DNA of 64,000 nucleotides from the human T2T-CHM13v2.0 reference genome, Homo sapiens. Below, piece by piece: positions 27,670-46,434 of the stretch. Both the position numbers and the translations under genes were made by a program. The stretch lies in NCBI RefSeq assembly GCF_009914755.1, contig NC_060945.1; one strand, 5' to 3'. Within the stretch, counting starts at the first letter, position 1; the number at the start of each line of letters is the position of its first letter. The notes below the pieces were generated by a model that was not told the origin of the DNA, made no database searches, and saw nothing but the letters and a program-made list of their open reading frames with translations.

Positions 27670-27915
27670 TTAATAGAATCCAGAGAATCCATATCCTCCA
27701 TAGTATGATGGGCGGTAGCAGCCATATCCGTAGCCTCCGAAGCCAGAGCCATATCCATAGCCTCCAAAGCCAGAGCCATATCCGTAGCCTCCATAGCCAC
27801 AGCCAGAACCCAGTCTGCGGAAGCTGCCACATCCACAGCCATAGCCATAGCCCAGGCCACCAAAGCCTCCACAGCCATAGCCCAGGCCTCCATAGTAGCT
27901 GCCGTAGTAGCTCAT
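27670..27915 (-). CDS. KRTAP19-3: Keratin-associated protein 19-3 (81 aa)
   Basis: [23 protein letters not shown]...[16 protein letters not shown]; TATA at 27994-28000; AATAAA at 27441-27446. Confidence 0.96.
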   Translation of the reverse strand: MSYYGSYYGGLGYGCGGFGGLGYGYGCGCGSFRRLGSGCGYGGYGYGSGFGGYGYGSGFGGYGYGCYRPSYYGGYGFSGFY

Positions 27916-27989
27916 GGTGTCAGGGGTAGTGAGTTTGGTTTGCTGCTCAAGGCAAGGTCCTGAGTGTGAATGTTGACATCTGTGCAGGC

Positions 27990-28198
27990 ATGCTTATATA
28001 CCCTGACACATCACGTAACAAAACACTTGCTGCCTATTTTAGTGTAGTTGTGTATGTTACACTTACCTGACCCAATCCTGACATCTGAAGAGGCCCTCAA
28101 ACTCATTAAAGTGTTTGAGCTTGCATTGCTGTCTTCTCATGCTGTCCCTTTAACATATTGCATCACTTTTATGAGAAGAAATTGCTGTAGCTTCAAAG
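27990..28198 (-). promoter_or_regulatory. KRTAP19-3 promoter: TATA, HOXC13-like sites, LEF1/TCF site
   Basis: TATATAA at 27994-28000; TTTAATGAG (minus) at 28102-28110; TTTTATGAG (plus) at ~28167-28175; CTTTGAAG at 28191-28198. Confidence 0.72.
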
Positions 28199-28734
28199 TC
28201 TGTGCATACCAGACCTTAAATAGACTTCTTCGTAGGCATATTGCATTACATAGTTGGTAATGCTATGTTTTGAAATTAAATATTGCTTCATCTCTGGCTT
28301 TCCTTGAATTGTTTTACTCATTTATGATTAAATAACAGACTTTGGTTAAATTCAATGCTCTGAAATTTATTATATTCTTCCAGAGGTATCTATTACCTCA
28401 GGTGAGGTCCCTTTTTAAAGAGAAGCAAACATTTGAAAGACTGGAGCCATCTGCTCACCTGCTATGCCTAACAGTAAAGAATTTCATGGGGTTAAAAAAG
28501 TTAAAATAAAGCCATCATTCTTCTATTACTCTAGAACATTGGCCATCATAACCAATATTCTCTTTTTTTGGTTTTACTCGTTTAAAAAATAAAAACCATT
28601 TTGATTTAACAACACAACAGTATATTGCTCAAACATTAAAGTCAAATCACAGTAATCAAAAATCTATTTCCTAAGCAGCTTTACAAACTGTTCAAAATTG
28701 TTTTCACATCCCGACTCCCTTACTGGCATATTAG

Positions 28735-29125
<391 letters not shown>

Positions 29126-30385
29126 TCCTCTTTTCAATATATTCTTTCAGTTCCCATTAGGGTCTGGGACTAGGTGAGATGGTGAAATATATGCAATTCT
29201 TTTTGCCTCCCATCCATTTTCATTTAATACTTACTTAAATTCATATATATATATAAATAAAATCTTCGATTTTTCAGATATTTTTGCCTTTATGTTACCT
29301 TTACCTATTGTGTGTTTCTTTTTTTTCCTAAAAGAAAATAGCTAACTAAGCTTTACTAAGATGTTAGGTATTTATTAAAGTGTTAGATGTTAATAGATGC
29401 CATCGCCAAAGACCCTGGGGAATTCAGCAAGAGACTGTTAGCATTGTGAATGTCTTAGGAATCCCCTAAAAATATGTATAATATAAAAAGACAGGATGAA
29501 GGAAATAATAATTAAAGACAAAGAGTACCTCAGCTGACTCTAAGAATTTAGTCACCTAGACCCAAGGCTGACCCCAAACCCCACCCACATATGCCCTTAA
29601 CTTTAAGCTTAAATATATAATTTCTTGTTTAATTTTTATTACTTTGAATATACTGTTAAGCTTTTGATGAGTTTATAAGCAATTTTGAAATTGTGCATTT
29701 CTCCAGATAGATTTGCTGGCTGCAGTTCAATGACCAGCATGCAATAGAAACTCAATATATAAGTGTTGAATAGATGAATGAATTCTAAAGTTCTTACAGG
29801 TAAAAATCTTACATCTCATGGAAATGAACAATACTACGAATGTATCCAACAATAAGAATTTAAAAGAGAAATTAGCTCAAATAGCTTTCTTTCTTTAGAG
29901 GAACAAATAACCTATCATTTCATTTGCTTTTTGTTGCTGTTGTTTAAGGCATATTTAAAAATACTTAAATCTTAAGTATACAAGTTGGTGATATTTTTCT
30001 TATATTTATAGACCACCTATAACAAGCACACTCTAATTCCCAAAGTCTGGCGCTTGACTCTACCAGTCAATATTATTCCTTGTAGAGTAACAATTAACAT
30101 CCTACATAAGGCTTTCTTGTTCTGTACTTCACTTAGGTGGTCTCATGTAGTATACTGAAACTTCCCATTTCCATCCCCAATTCTTCTGTGTGTCACTATT
30201 AGGTAGATCTCTGTCGTATGTGATGTGAATTTTGTTGTTTTAATTTCTGAAAAGTAGTCTACTACATGAATAGAGCACAACTGATTTATGATTCTGCTCT
30301 GGTAGGCCTATATTTGAGGAGTTTAGTGGTTTCAGTTTTGGTTTGGTTTGGTTTTTTATTGCTAGAGTGAATAAAGAAAGCTGTT

Positions 30386-31050
<665 letters not shown>

Positions 31051-31189
31051 TAAGATCCTTATTTTTAGACCTAGGCTTTCCTATACCTTTCTTATAGCTG
31101 GGATAGGAATTGCTAATTTATATCATATCTATACTTATTTTATACATTATATATCATAAATAACAGTTATATATTATATAATATATATT

Positions 31190-31720
31190 TAGCTTCCACA
31201 GATTCTACCAATCTCAAGATGCAGTTATTACATTTACCAGTTGTTAAATTTACTGTACCAACAGGGACGTATGAGAGTTCCAGTTGCTTCACATCCTTAC
31301 CTACACTAATCACTTGCAAACTCTTTAAAAAATTGACTATTTTTGTGAATACATAATGATACCTGATTATTGTTTTAATATGGTTTTATTTGATTAATAA
31401 TAATATTCAACATCTTTACATATGCTTATAGGCCATTTAGATTTTTTTTGAAGTAACTGTTGAAGTATTTTGTTCACTTTTAATTGAGCTAGTAATATTT
31501 TATTATTGATTCTCAGGTGATCTTTACATATTTGGGCACAGGATTTTTTTCAGATTTATGTATTAAAAATATTTTCATTCACTATGTAGATTTTTTCATC
31601 TTAAAATGGTGTCTATACATAAATAAAATGCAATAATATAGTAAACTCCCATTTTAAAATCTTTTTGTTTTATGTTTAATGTTTTTGGTCCTAATTTAAA
31701 AAATTTTGACTACCTCTCAC
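31190..31720 (-). mobile_element. Old L1M(E) fragment
   Basis: atgagagttccagttgcttcacatcct...tatgcttataggccatttag, reverse ORF2 end. Confidence 0.65.
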
Positions 31721-32650
31721 ATTGTTAGTTAAAACTTTTGTCTGTTTTCTTTAAAACTTGTTCTATTTTTGTGATTTTTTTAAAGGCAGTTGATGATTTG
31801 AATATTACACTTTTGCTAACTCAGGCTAAAGCAACATAATCGCAAATAAACAGGTTTCAGATACTGCCTATTTAAGTCTACCAAATATGCATCTGTTTTG
31901 GGGCTTATGGTATTGTTGTAATGTATTCTTCCTAAGAAAAGCAAAGCTATTCCCTGAAAGTAAAGATATTCTGGAATATTTATTTTAAATCCTTCAGCGA
32001 TCCATAAAATCAATAAATTCAAGTTCTAATAATTTGATCATACCACAGTGTACTAGAAGTATCAAATGCTTTTTCTAAGTAGTTAAATTGATTATTATAC
32101 TTGTTCCTAGCTACAGAAGGCCTTTACCTGTATTGTGAGAAAATGCCACTAACGATCAGGAAAATGGAAGAGCTATTATCATATTCTGTCAAACTAAGTA
32201 GTGTAGTCCTCAAATGGAATCAATTGACCCAGTCCATGGAGAGTGTTATGTACTCTCACTAGTCTCACTGAAAGTGTGGGTCTTACTAGCTGGCTGTATA
32301 AACCTATTCTTATGTTTAGTAAACAAGTCTGAGTCTTTCTAATGCTTCTTAATTTTTTATACCATTTGAATTTATCATTATTTACTAATAACTTTTATTT
32401 AGATCTAGATATGCTAGAAATTAAGAGGTTCAAGATTCATCAAAATCTTAAATAAAAAGAGGCATATACTGTGAAAAGTAGACTAATCTTCAAAACTCAG
32501 CTGTGATTGTTACACGAATATAAGACCAGAATTTTAAGATTATTGGGAAGCATCAAGAAAAGAAATATGCAATGGAATTGAGAGTCAGCATTTAAACAAA
32601 TAGACAAATAAATAAACAGAAGCCATGTGTGCCATTTCAAATTGAGACAA

Positions 32651-32656
32651 TTTATT
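32651..32656 (-). terminator. Polyadenylation signal AATAAA of KRTAP19-4
   Basis: tttatt; same position as in the paralogous KRTAP19-5 3'UTR. Confidence 0.65.
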
Positions 32657-32808
32657 GCAAAGGGAACTAAGCAATTACACAGTTAGGAAAGTATAGGTAG
32701 TGGATGCCAGTAGACACGATATAGGCAATTATAACATAATGAATATTCCTAACATCTTAGATGCTATTTTTTTTCATCTTGGATTGATCTAGTGTGCCCT
32801 TGTTTGAC

Positions 32809-33063
32809 TCAATATTTGGTTAAATTGAATGATCTTCTTATGACCTCTGATATCGTGTCCTCAGGGTAGGATTTCAGTAGAATTGAGAATCCATATCCTC
32901 CATAGCATGATGGGCGGCAGCAGCCATATCCGTTGCCTCCAAAGCCACAGCCATAACCCAGTCTGCGGAAGCTGCCACATCCACAGCCATAGCCATAGCC
33001 TAGGCCACCAAAGCCTCCACAGCCATAGCCCAGGCCTCTGTAATAGCTGCCATAGTAGCTCAT
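32809..33063 (-). CDS. KRTAP19-4: Keratin-associated protein 19-4 (84 aa, frameshift-extended C-terminus)
   Basis: [20 protein letters not shown]...[29 protein letters not shown]; TATA at 33141-33147; AATAAA at 32651-32656. Confidence 0.95.
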   Translation of the reverse strand: MSYYGSYYRGLGYGCGGFGGLGYGYGCGCGSFRRLGYGCGFGGNGYGCCRPSCYGGYGFSILLKSYPEDTISEVIRRSFNLTKY

Positions 33064-33137
33064 GGCGTCAGGAGTGGTGAGTTGTTTGGCTGCTCAAGGC
33101 AAGATCCTAAGTGTGAATGGCAGCACGTGTAGAGGGA

Positions 33138-33395
33138 GGCTTATATACCCTGATAAGAGTATGTGATGAGTCACATGCGTACCTGTTTTTTTTGTTTTTT
33201 TGTTTGTTTGTTGTGTGTGTGTCTGTGTGTGTGTTTTAAATTAGTTACTTAACACAAGTCATTCATTTTTCCCTGGCACAAGGAGAGGCCCTCACAATCG
33301 TTAAATTGTTTGAGTTTGCTTTGTTGCTGAATTGGAGTGGCCCTTAAAAGTTATCACACCACTTAATGAGAAGAAATTGCTGTATCTAAAGTCTT
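33138..33395 (-). promoter_or_regulatory. KRTAP19-4 promoter: TATA, AP-1 site, degenerate LEF1 site
   Basis: TATATAA at 33141-33147; TGAGTCA at 33167-33173; the LEF1 position reads atctaaag (33384-33391). Confidence 0.68.
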
Positions 33396-33523
33396 GGCAT
33401 ACCAGATCCTAAATAGATTTCTTCATAGCTAGACATATTGCATATTACAAATGAAATAAAATGAAGGTTATATGTTCCTCTAAAGTCAGATGCTATTGGA
33501 GCTCATTTCTTTGTCTTCTTTAT

Positions 33524-33620
33524 TTTGCCCAGACTGGTCTCAAGCTACTGGGCTCAAGTGACCCTCCTCCCTCGACCCCCAAAGTGCTGAGATTAGAGGC
33601 ATAAGCCACCTCACCCAGCC
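33524..33620 (-). mobile_element. FLAM/Alu monomer fragment
   Basis: gcccagactggtctcaagctactgggctcaagtga...caaagtgctgagattagaggcataagccac. Confidence 0.8.
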
Positions 33621-34167
33621 TTCATTTCATCTTTAAATCCCTATTGTTCAGATGTAGCCAGAGAATTACTCATGCCTTTGAGAGGCATAGACTTTAGAAT
33701 TTATTCATCCTTTCAGCATTTATGTATTGTGTTGTTACTACAAGGTAATTATTGCAAAGAGGCATGCAAATTCAGTTGTGAAAGCACAACATTTGGAAAT
33801 TACTTATAAGACTAAAAATAACTGATCACTGTATTTGAGATCATATAAGGTTAAAAAGAACTTAAAAGCTCAAAGTTGAAATTAAGGGCACAGCTGAATT
33901 AACAATATTTGGGGTCACCTGTGGCTGTATGTGACTAAATTCTTGGAGTCAACTGAGGACTTGCACCCTCAGTTATTTCTTCTGCCTGTTATCTTGTAAT
34001 ATTATACCTACATTTTGGAGATTCTGAAAACATTTCTAATGTTAATGGTATCTTATTGAATTTCAAAGAGCCCTTATATTTAAATTATCTTTTTATATAT
34101 CCTATACCTTAATAAACATTTAACAACTTAGTGGACTAGCATGGTATTTCCTGAGAAGAAAAAGGTG

Positions 34168-34172
34168 TATGT

Positions 34173-34207
<35 letters not shown>
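34168..34207. repeat. (TG)n microsatellite
   Basis: TG run. Confidence 0.93.
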
Positions 34208-34339
34208 ATGAATTTGATGAATTTTTGCATATGTGCTTACACTACCTACACCAAGCACACTCTAATCTCCAAAATGTTTCCATTGTTCCATTATGGCAAA
34301 TATCATTCCCTAGAGATAATCTTCTTTCCAGTTTTTAAC

Positions 34340-34880
34340 ACCAGCTTCAAAAGATCTTGTCAATAGTATTCTAAATTTACAGTCTCATCAGCAATGTAGA
34401 AATGTATAGTCTCATGAGCAATGTAAGAAAATTCTAGTTGTTCCACATATTTGATAATGCTTGTCATTTTTAGACTGTTTAATTCTGACTATTCTTGTGG
34501 GCATTTAGTAATATCCAAGTATTGATTTAATTTAGTTTTTGCCTGATGAGTAATGATACTGACCACCATTTTATATGTGTATTGGCCATTTAGATATTCT
34601 CTTTTTAAAAGTACCTGCTCATGTATTTCGTCCATTTTTAAGTGGGTTTGTTATATTCTAGCACTGATTTGTGGGAGCTTTTTACATACTTGGATACAGG
34701 TATTTTGTAAAAGTTTGGTTTTGAAAATATTTTCTCCCAACATGTGGTTTGTTTTTTCACTTTCAATTAATGTTTATATGTAAATAGATTATCTTAATAT
34801 CAGATAAAATTTGTTAATATTTGTATTTTATGTTTAATGCTTTTTTGTCCTAATTGAGAAACTTTTGATTACCTCACATC
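34340..34880 (-). mobile_element. Old L1M(E) fragment, paralogous to 31190-31720
   Basis: ttttatatgtgtattggccatttagatattctc...tttatgtttaatgctttttt. Confidence 0.65.
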
Positions 34881-36334
34881 TTATTCTTAATTTCTTTGTC
34901 TTGTCTTTTCAGAACCTGTTCCATTTTTATGGAGCATCCTAAATCAAAAGACAGTGGCTAACTTGAATATTAAATTCTCATTATTTCAGTTGGAAGCTAT
35001 AAAATCACAAATAAACAGGTTTAATGTTATCACGCTGCCTATTTTGCTCTGTCAGATCTTTGCTCAGTTGCGGGGCTAATGATCCTATGATGCATTTTCT
35101 CTAGACCAGGCGACAGCTTTTCCTTGGAAGGAAATGTATTCTTAAGGTATTCTTTTAATTTCAACACAAATCAATACAATCTAACAACTAGAGATGTAAT
35201 AATATGATGAAATTGCATTAAACTAAAAGTGGTACTTTCTCTAGATGGTTATATTAATTGTTCTTCTTTTGACATAGACAGCCTTTCTTCAGACTGTGAT
35301 GCCATTGACCACTTAGGGAGTAAAAAGTTTTCATGTGAAATTCTGTCATACTCAGTAAAACTAAATAGTACAGCCCTGCAATGAAGACACTAAGATATTT
35401 TTACCGAGATCTATTTATGGCAAAACTGCAACATCTCACTTGAATTGAATGAAAGAATTGGTCATAGCATCTAGCTAAGCAAATCCATCCATAAGTTCAG
35501 TAAACAAGCCAGAGTTTTTCAAATGCGTTATGATTTCTTTTAAATATTAAAATATTGGATTTGCACTATTAACAAGTTGTTTTTACACAGATAAAGCTAC
35601 ATTAGAAATTGCTAAGTTCAAGATTCTACAACAGAGTGTTTACAAATGAAATTAAATAGAGGTGGTCATTTGGCCATGACAATTAAACTCTTCAGACGCA
35701 CATGAACAGAGCCTTCGAGATGCTTCATGTGACAACACACAAGAAGAGAAGTAAAAAATGAATGGAACAGTGAGCATGGGGAAGTAGAATGCCTGATACT
35801 CAGTAAAACTGGGTTCTGGTCTGGGCTCTCCTTGTCATGCCATTTTTGATCCTTAGCAAATGATTTCACTTTTTGGAGATCTTTTCCCATTCAAGATGGT
35901 ATTAGGGTAAGCACTGGGAAAACTTTATAGTAGTTCCCCTGCACGCTCCACAGTTCTTTTATATTATTTTCCTGGCATTTTTGAATTTGCTTGACTCCAA
36001 CTAAAGACATTCGCTTTTATTTCAGTACTGAAATATATTATTCTTGAAACATAATAATATGTTATTGCATATTTTTCATGGGCAAGATACTTATCTGAAA
36101 TACCAACACGAAAAGGCCCACATTTGCTTGTTAAAGGTTAAAAGAGACTTGGCTAGAGTGTATAAAGCTTCAGGTCAATCACAGCCTTAATATGAATTAC
36201 TTCACAAGTGATGGCAATGATTTCTATATTTCCTAGGTGTGTTGCAAAATATAAATGTGCTGATAATATGAAAATACAACTTCGTGTCACACCACAATGG
36301 ACCAGGAATAAAACATGATAGAAAGTCACAAAAG

Positions 36335-36650
<316 letters not shown>

Positions 36651-36935
36651 TCAGTGTATATTCAGATATATACTTTGTTTTATCAGCACTTTTCTTACCA
36701 TTAAAGGGGCCATATAAACATACATTTTGAACAAACTATAGAAATACATACTCTTCATGTTGGTCTCCAGTTAAATGTGAAAGTTTATGAAGTTGGTATT
36801 TCAGGGCTGAATTTAAACACTAACATGATCTCACTGAAAGCATTGAAATGAAAAAGATATGGTGAATATGGCGCAGTGTTCCAAAGAAAAAGCCTTCTTT
36901 TTAATTGAGTGTTATGGTTTTCATTTGTGCATGTA

Positions 36936-37376
36936 CAGTTTACCTTTGGACAACATGGGCTTGGACTGAGTGAATCCACTCATACTGAGATTTTGTTCTA
37001 CCTCTGCCACTCCTGAGATAGCAAGACCATCGTCCCCGTTCCTCCTCCTCCTCAGCCTATTCAATGTGAAGACAATGAGGATAAAGACCTTTATGATGAG
37101 TTGCTTCCACTTAACAAACAGTAAATATAAATTCTCTTCCTTATTATTTTCATAACATTTTCTTTTCTCTTATTTACTTTATTGTAAGAATACAGTATAT
37201 AATGCATATAAAACACAAAGTATGTGTTAATCAACTGTTTATGTTATCAGTGAGGCTTCCAGTCAACAATCGGCTACCAGTAGTTAGGTTTCTGGAGAGT
37301 CAAAAGTTATATGTGGATTTTCAACTGCATGGGGGAATCAGTACTGCTAACCCCTACATTATTCAAGGGTCAACTG
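36936..37376 (+). mobile_element. Tigger2a-like TcMar DNA transposon derivative
   Basis: TIRs cagtttacctttggacaa / ttcaagggtcaactg, with TA on the left flank. Confidence 0.85.
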
Positions 37377-37588
37377 TGACCTTTGAATGTGAATATATAC
37401 ATGCACACACATACATACAGCTATATAGATAGGTGCATGTATATACAAAATTATTTTGTTATATATAATATACTTCTATATGTATAGTAGTTTGTTCTTT
37501 TTTCACTGGATATAATTACAAATAACCACTTTGCCATTTTGAGTCAAGCAAAAAACAAAAGTCGTGTATTTGCTTTCAGTTAGCATAA

Positions 37589-37594
37589 TTTATT
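37589..37594 (-). terminator. Polyadenylation signal AATAAA of KRTAP19-5
   Basis: tttatt ~220 nt past the stop codon. Confidence 0.65.
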
Positions 37595-37814
37595 CTAAAA
37601 GGAACAGAGAAACCCCACAGTTATAAAGGTACAAGTAAGACACATCCAGAGACATAAAGCAAAGAATTATGGAATGATAGGTATTCTTAAACCTCTTAGA
37701 TGCTAACTGCTCTTGATCTTGGCTTGATCCAGGGTGACCTCGTTTGTTTGTTATTGCAGTCAGGTTTGGGTGATCTTCTTATGTCCCCTCATGTTAGGTT
37801 GTCAGGGAAGGATT

Positions 37815-38033
37815 TCAATAAAATCCAGAGAATCCATATCCTCCATAGCATGATGGACGGCAGCTGCGGTATCCATAGCCTCCGAAGCCAGAGCCGTATC
37901 CGTAGCCTCCGTAGCCACCGCCATAGCCCAGTCTGCGGAAGCTGCCACATCCACAGCCATAGCCATAGCCCAGGTCATCGAAGCCTCCGTAGCCGTAGCC
38001 CAGGCCTCCATAGTAGTTGCCGTAGTAGTTCAT
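37815..38033 (-). CDS. KRTAP19-5: Keratin-associated protein 19-5 (72 aa)
   Basis: [25 protein letters not shown]...[16 protein letters not shown]; TATA at 38108-38114; AATAAA at 37589-37594. Confidence 0.96.
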   Translation of the reverse strand: MNYYGNYYGGLGYGYGGFDDLGYGYGCGCGSFRRLGYGGGYGGYGYGSGFGGYGYRSCRPSCYGGYGFSGFY

Positions 38034-38104
38034 GGTGTCAGGAGTGGTGAGTTGGTATGCTGCTCAAGGCAAGATCCTGAGTGTGAACACCAGCATGTGT
38101 AGGA

Positions 38105-38332
38105 GGCTTATATACCCTGGTCAGAGCGTGTGATGAGTCATCTGTATACCCTCCTTTGCTATAGTTATTTGTATTACGTTTGATGTTACAACTCATTTAT
38201 CTATTGTCTTCTGATGTAGGGAGATGCCCTCATTCTCATTAAAATATTTCAGCTTACTTAATGTCTTATTCAGGACACGATTGAACTTACTGCTTTGCTT
38301 TTATGAAAAGAAAGGGCTTACTGTTCAAAATA
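38105..38332 (-). promoter_or_regulatory. KRTAP19-5 promoter: TATA, AP-1 site, degenerate LEF1 site
   Basis: TATATAA at 38108-38114; ATGAGTCAT at 38133-38141; the LEF1 position reads gttcaaaa (38323-38330). Confidence 0.68.
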
Positions 38333-39026
38333 TGCACATTCCAAATGCTCAACAGAATTGCCTATTACCAGGTGTATTACATCATCTACACTTTATGGTA
38401 TTCCTTTTATAATGAATAATTTCCTTTGTCCGTCATCTTCCAAACTGATAACTTCATATTCAACTAAATTTACAGCTGTTTTTTCAATTTACAGATGTTA
38501 AATCTATAGTTTTAAAAAGCAAACTTATTTATCAAGGTGAGGTCTTCAGAAAGTGCCTATATGCACAATACAGGAAAACATTTGAAATCAAAATGATTTT
38601 AATGCCCTGCTGTGTACAATCGCCAAAGGACTCAAAAAAAGAGAGTGTATGCTGATTTTTAGCATTTTATTCACAATAACTTTTATACTATTTTTGACTT
38701 TGCACACCAGCTTCAGAACCTTTTGGTTGCAAAATACATAAGAATTAATTTCAGAAATTGAGGGCACAAAATCCATCTCCTACGCAGACTTATCAGAGTA
38801 GCACTTTAGTTTTCCATTCAAGTCCTAAAACTCTCCTTTATAATTGGTTTTATTCAAAGTCCTGGTAAAATTGCAGATTGCATCTGCCTCTGTTTTGCAC
38901 ATTCTAGTCAATTACTTTCTTTCTTTATCATTTTTCAGTAGTGTATATATGACCTCTATTTCCTTTCTCATTTCAGCTTTTATTCTTCTTCCCATTTTCT
39001 TAATGTCTATAGAAACAGCCAGGTAG

Positions 39027-39411
<385 letters not shown>

Positions 39412-39571
39412 TTCTGATGTTCTTCTATGTCTATCCTGTACTCATTTATTCTGAGGTAATTTCTAACCACTGCCTACTGATCTGTTAATAGTTCATTAAA
39501 ATATCATTTTTAAAGCTTTCTATTTTTTGTACTTACTAAACATCCTCAACTCCCCACCCCAGCAAAAATAC

Positions 39572-39715
39572 TTAGAAATAATGAATAAGACCTACTATTT
39601 GATAGCACAATAGAGTGACTATAGTCAATAACAACTTAATTGTACATTTTAAAATGTCTTGAGTAAAATTAGACTGTTTGTAACTCAACAGATAAATACT
39701 TGAGGGGATGGGTTT
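39572..39715 (+). mobile_element. Short L1MA 3'UTR fragment
   Basis: aataagacctactatttgatagcacaatagagtgactatagtcaataacaacttaattgtac. Confidence 0.75.
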
Positions 39716-41831
39716 TTTAAAATGTACTCCAACTCCTATGGCTTTCTGAAATTTAAAAGGTATCCTAAAATAGAAATTGTCTTCAAAGTTTTCAAAATAA
39801 AGGCACCATGGTGAAATGGCACAGAATAGAGAAACATATGTAAAGAAATTTGCCCTGGGCTTCATAGAGTTCCTCAGCTGACTTTGTTGAATTAGTGAAA
39901 CAGATACAACATTGAGACCACTCTTGATTAATCTCCATGCAGCACCTGTCTCTTGGCTTCGACAACTAAAAATTCATTTAATTTACATGACTTTGAACAT
40001 GCTGGTGAGTTTTTGTGAGATTTATAAGTATTTTATCAAACATAAATTTCCTAAAAGGAATGCTTCAGTTCTTCTAAGCAACAGACTAGGGAATTAAAAA
40101 TTGTTTATTGAAGAAATTCTAAGTAAATTGACAGTAACTGCCACAGCAACCACAATCTGTGCACAACCCTGACTACGCCTTAGTGAGCTACCTTTTTAAG
40201 ACAGAAAAATAGCTCAATAAGTCTTTCCATTTATAGAGTAGGATTTAATCCAATATTTGCTACATTTCTTTTATCCAAATATTGGTTCATTCTTATTTCT
40301 CATCTGAACTTGAAACAGTCAATAAGCTGAGTTCTCAGTGAGTCCTTTTGAAGCCATAAAATCACAAATAACTCAAAATCACAAATAACTATATTAAGGA
40401 TACCACAGTTTGTCCATATAAATCAGCCTGATAATGTAAGAGTGTTTAATAGCTAATTTTTGTTTGGGATGCATAAACAATGCATACATCTGAGATATAA
40501 AACCAAACAAGATATAAATGGAAAACCTCAATAGCCAAATAAGAATTAGAATGTTTTAAAGAAATAGACTATGTGATAATTTTCCACAAGACCAATTAAT
40601 GATCGTAAGCAGTAAATGATTAATACTAAAATAAAATATATAAATCTACATATTTTATATACAAAATATATAGAACAAATATTTTGTCCTTTTTTCGAAG
40701 TGAACAAATAGTAAAATGAAAGCATCCATTGTAAAATGAAGACATATATTCATTTGTAGTGATATTGGTTTTATGCTGAAAGAGATTGTTAGACTCAAAG
40801 TCGATTAGACCCAAAGTTGATAGAACAATGATGTTTTATATTTTCTCCTTCTTTTCACTTTTAGGAAGTTTACTTTGGAATATATGCTTAATAACTTTAT
40901 GATAATGGATAAGGAAGAAGAAAATATGTTCTTACTTGGGATAAGTAGTAACTTTTACCTGGAAAGAAAGAAAGCTTTTGTTATAAATTCCAAAGACTTC
41001 GTTTAACTCAGACACAAACCAATAATATATAAAAATGTAAGTTACAAAAATATGTTAATATTGAATTATACCAGCAATGCCACAAGTGCTTTTTCTCATT
41101 ATAATTATACTGATCTTTCTTTTAATTGCAAATTTTTAATACTTTTACTCAGGCTGGGAGGATATTTACCTGTATGAGAATAGAGCAGTTTCATCTGAAA
41201 TTCAGTTATAGGGTCAAAATTCCTTTAATGAAATTACCAAAATTTATCTACCTTGCCCTCCCCTGTGAAGGTACAGCATCTAAAGAGAGAAATAACAAGA
41301 TTTGTCTGAGTTGTTTGTTCATATTTCATCTTTACATTGCATAAACAAACCCAAGTATTTCTCATAAAAATAAATAATCTTGAGAATTGAGCTTATTTGT
41401 TCTGTTTTTGCCTTCAAGTAAAGCTAAGTTAGCAATTCAGAAATGTATTATATATAACAAAATAAAAGTTAACAAGAAAAATTTTAAAAACAACAGCAAC
41501 AAAACATAGTTAATCTAAGAGATGAAATTAGTCTCCATATACTCTGCTCCAAAATTGAAACCATCCACAGTATTATTACAAGAACTTTCCAGATGGCATT
41601 CAGATTTGGAATTATGCAGTGAAAGAGACTCAGAATGATGGACTAGAGCATTAGGTTCAGGTGAACTGCTTTCTGGTCTTGATTCTGACACTTAGATTTT
41701 AACTCTAGGCATCACTTAACTGTTCGGCATTTCCTCACCTGTACTATAGGGGGCAGCACGGTACAATCTGTAATAATCTAACGTTTGGTCCAGCTCTCAC
41801 TTCTTTTGTCCTTGTATTATTGAATTTCCCC

Positions 41832-44850
<3,019 letters not shown>

Positions 44851-45526
44851 GAATTGCTTTCTGGTGAATGGTAATTGATTTAAAATCTACTTTACCAAAA
44901 CAAAACAAAACAATAAGTCTTTTGGATGAATGATGACTGTCATCAATTAAAGCTGCAAAGTGCAGAGGGACCCATTTCTTGATTATATCCAGCCATTTAT
45001 TTTCCATTTGCAATTGTAAAAAGCTTTAGTGTCATGAGGATGATGATGATTGTAAAAAGAAAGCATATCATTGAATGCCACAGAGGAACTGTGACATAAA
45101 AAAACTAATTAAAACAATTATTTTTAATACTACATATATTTTAATCACCTAATTTGAAAAACTTTTAGTAACTTTATAACACAACCATTTTCATGATAAT
45201 TCTAAGTTAAATGACAGGCAATAGAGAATAGATCAAAGAAGATTATATAGAATCAAGAAAGCCATGAAACATATATTTTCTTTCCTGGAAGCTTAGAGAA
45301 ATATTTTGTTCTAGCACTCTTCCTTTCTTACCACAAAAGGGCTGAATAAGCAACACATTTTGAAAGAAGAAATGGATTACTTATATATTTGGACTGCATT
45401 GATAAATATAATTGTATAGAATTAAAACCATGTAAATCCCTTTTATTTATTACCATAAACATATAGTTCCAAAATGTTGGAGTTGAATTTTTTATTGTTG
45501 TTGAGTTTAAATCTAAAAATTATCTA

Positions 45527-45850
<324 letters not shown>

Positions 45851-46243
45851 TTACATATATTCAAGGAATCATCATTCAACTCAGTCTAAAGTTACTGTCC
45901 TTTTCATATATCTATCATTGTGTGAAATAAATATTTAATACACAGATAGTGTTTTAGTTTTCACATTGAAAGTTGAGTAGTATTTATACTTAGTAACATA
46001 TATAATTGAGCCAAATGAATTAAACAAAAGCTATATTTGCTGTGTCTCGAGAGACTTCATTAAAGAAATCCAGGAGAAAAGATGGAGACAAACTTGTACA
46101 ATTATAAATGTACTGAAAGTCTTAGGTGCTAATTAATTTAAACAAACAGACTTGGCATAATTTTGAAAGGTAGGTCCAATGATTGAAATCAGGCTTATCA
46201 AGTTCACTCAGGGAATCAGATATTAGATTGATAAGGAAGAATT

Positions 46244-46434
46244 TTAATAGAAGCTAAAGAATCCATGTCTTCCCTAACAGGATGAGTGGCTGCAGCCGTA
46301 TCTATAGCCTCCATTGCCACAGCTATACCCTGGTTTACAGTGCTACCACATCTACAGCCATAGCCACATCCCAGACCACCAAAGCCTCCACAGCCTTAGC
46401 CCAGACCTCTGTAATAGTTACCTTAGTAATTCAC
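46244..46434 (-). pseudogene. KRTAP19-9P: KRTAP19-family unprocessed pseudogene
   Basis: Reads GTG AAT TAC TAA GGT AAC TAT TAC AGA GGT CTG GGC TAA GGC TGT GGA GGC TTT...TTC TAT TAA: start lost, two in-frame stops and a 1-nt frameshift; TATAAAA at 46511-46517. Symbol assigned from recalled cluster order, so less certain than the pseudogene call. Confidence 0.88.
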
